The position numbers were made by a program, and so were the translations under genes. DNA of 63,744 bases, counting the filler, from Octopus bimaculoides (lineage: Eukaryota): the NCBI RefSeq assembly GCF_001194135.2. It is 7 parts of 7 records of this genome, joined end to end, with 100 filler letters (N's around TTAATTAATTAA, not from the genome) between each part and the next. Parts side by side here need not be neighbours in the genome. Positions count along the whole stretch, not along the records: positions 61,431 to 63,744 come from NC_068987.1; 6 more parts are not named here. One strand, written 5' to 3'. Below are positions 63,258 through 63,744 of the stretch, in pieces. Below the pieces are notes generated by a model. It was not told where the DNA came from. It saw only the letters and a list, made by a program, of their open reading frames with translations, and ran no database searches. How positions within the stretch are numbered: position 1 is the first letter of the stretch; each line of letters begins with the position of its first letter.

Positions 63258-63744
63258 TATACCTGCACACATTTTTTATACACAGACATATATATATATA
63301 TAATGTGTACGCATATATATGTACGTGTATTAAATAGTACACACTTCAACAATAACCAACTCTGATATTCAGAAATATAATTCATATTTATTTAACACAT
63401 GTTCTATATCTATTTTCTATTTTAAATAAAGATAATATCCATATCATAGTGCTGACATTTCTTACGTTATAATTGCCATATCAGTTTCTTTTCAATTTTG
63501 AAAACTACAGCATACGATAGTCATTTTTTTTTAATATATATAAAGAGGCTATATGATTATATAATTGTATGTTAATTACATCATAATCACCTATATGATA
63601 TCTGAAATCTGAATATTCAAGATCATCAGCATTTATGTATATATGTCTTTCTGCTTGTCTATCTATTTACCTATCTATCTCCATTTGTCTCTCCATGAAT
63701 AGAAATATGTGTATGTATATATATATACATATATACACACACAC

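Overview
Eukaryotic, AT-rich, microsatellite-dense genomic DNA with many assembly gaps. The dominant tRNA-derived SINE family resembles those of Octopus/cephalopods (recognition from memory, not a database result). The ORF track is mostly microsatellite or gap noise. Host coding signal lies on the + strand: four 72-nt phase-2/phase-2 leucine-rich-repeat exons (22.3, 28.2, 33.8 and 36.5 kb) that arose by tandem exon-plus-intron duplication, and three phase-compatible hemopexin-repeat exons (48.8, 51.6 and 52.4 kb) with no metalloprotease catalytic motif visible. The remainder is transposon-derived: a mariner 3' end; two Chapaev3-like elements, one complete with TIRs and a TTA TSD; a Mag-like Gypsy element with LTRs, PBS, PPT and a 5-bp TSD but most of its RT deleted; R4/Dong-like and RTE LINE fragments; several Penelope-like (PLE) fragments; a TIR-bounded maT-like transposon; two related Helitron fragments; MITEs; and many SINEs, some nested. 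The most interesting signals are several minimal hammerhead-ribozyme motifs, including an inverted pair in a ~210-bp palindrome, and the LRR exon array with its possible link to the hemopexin exons.
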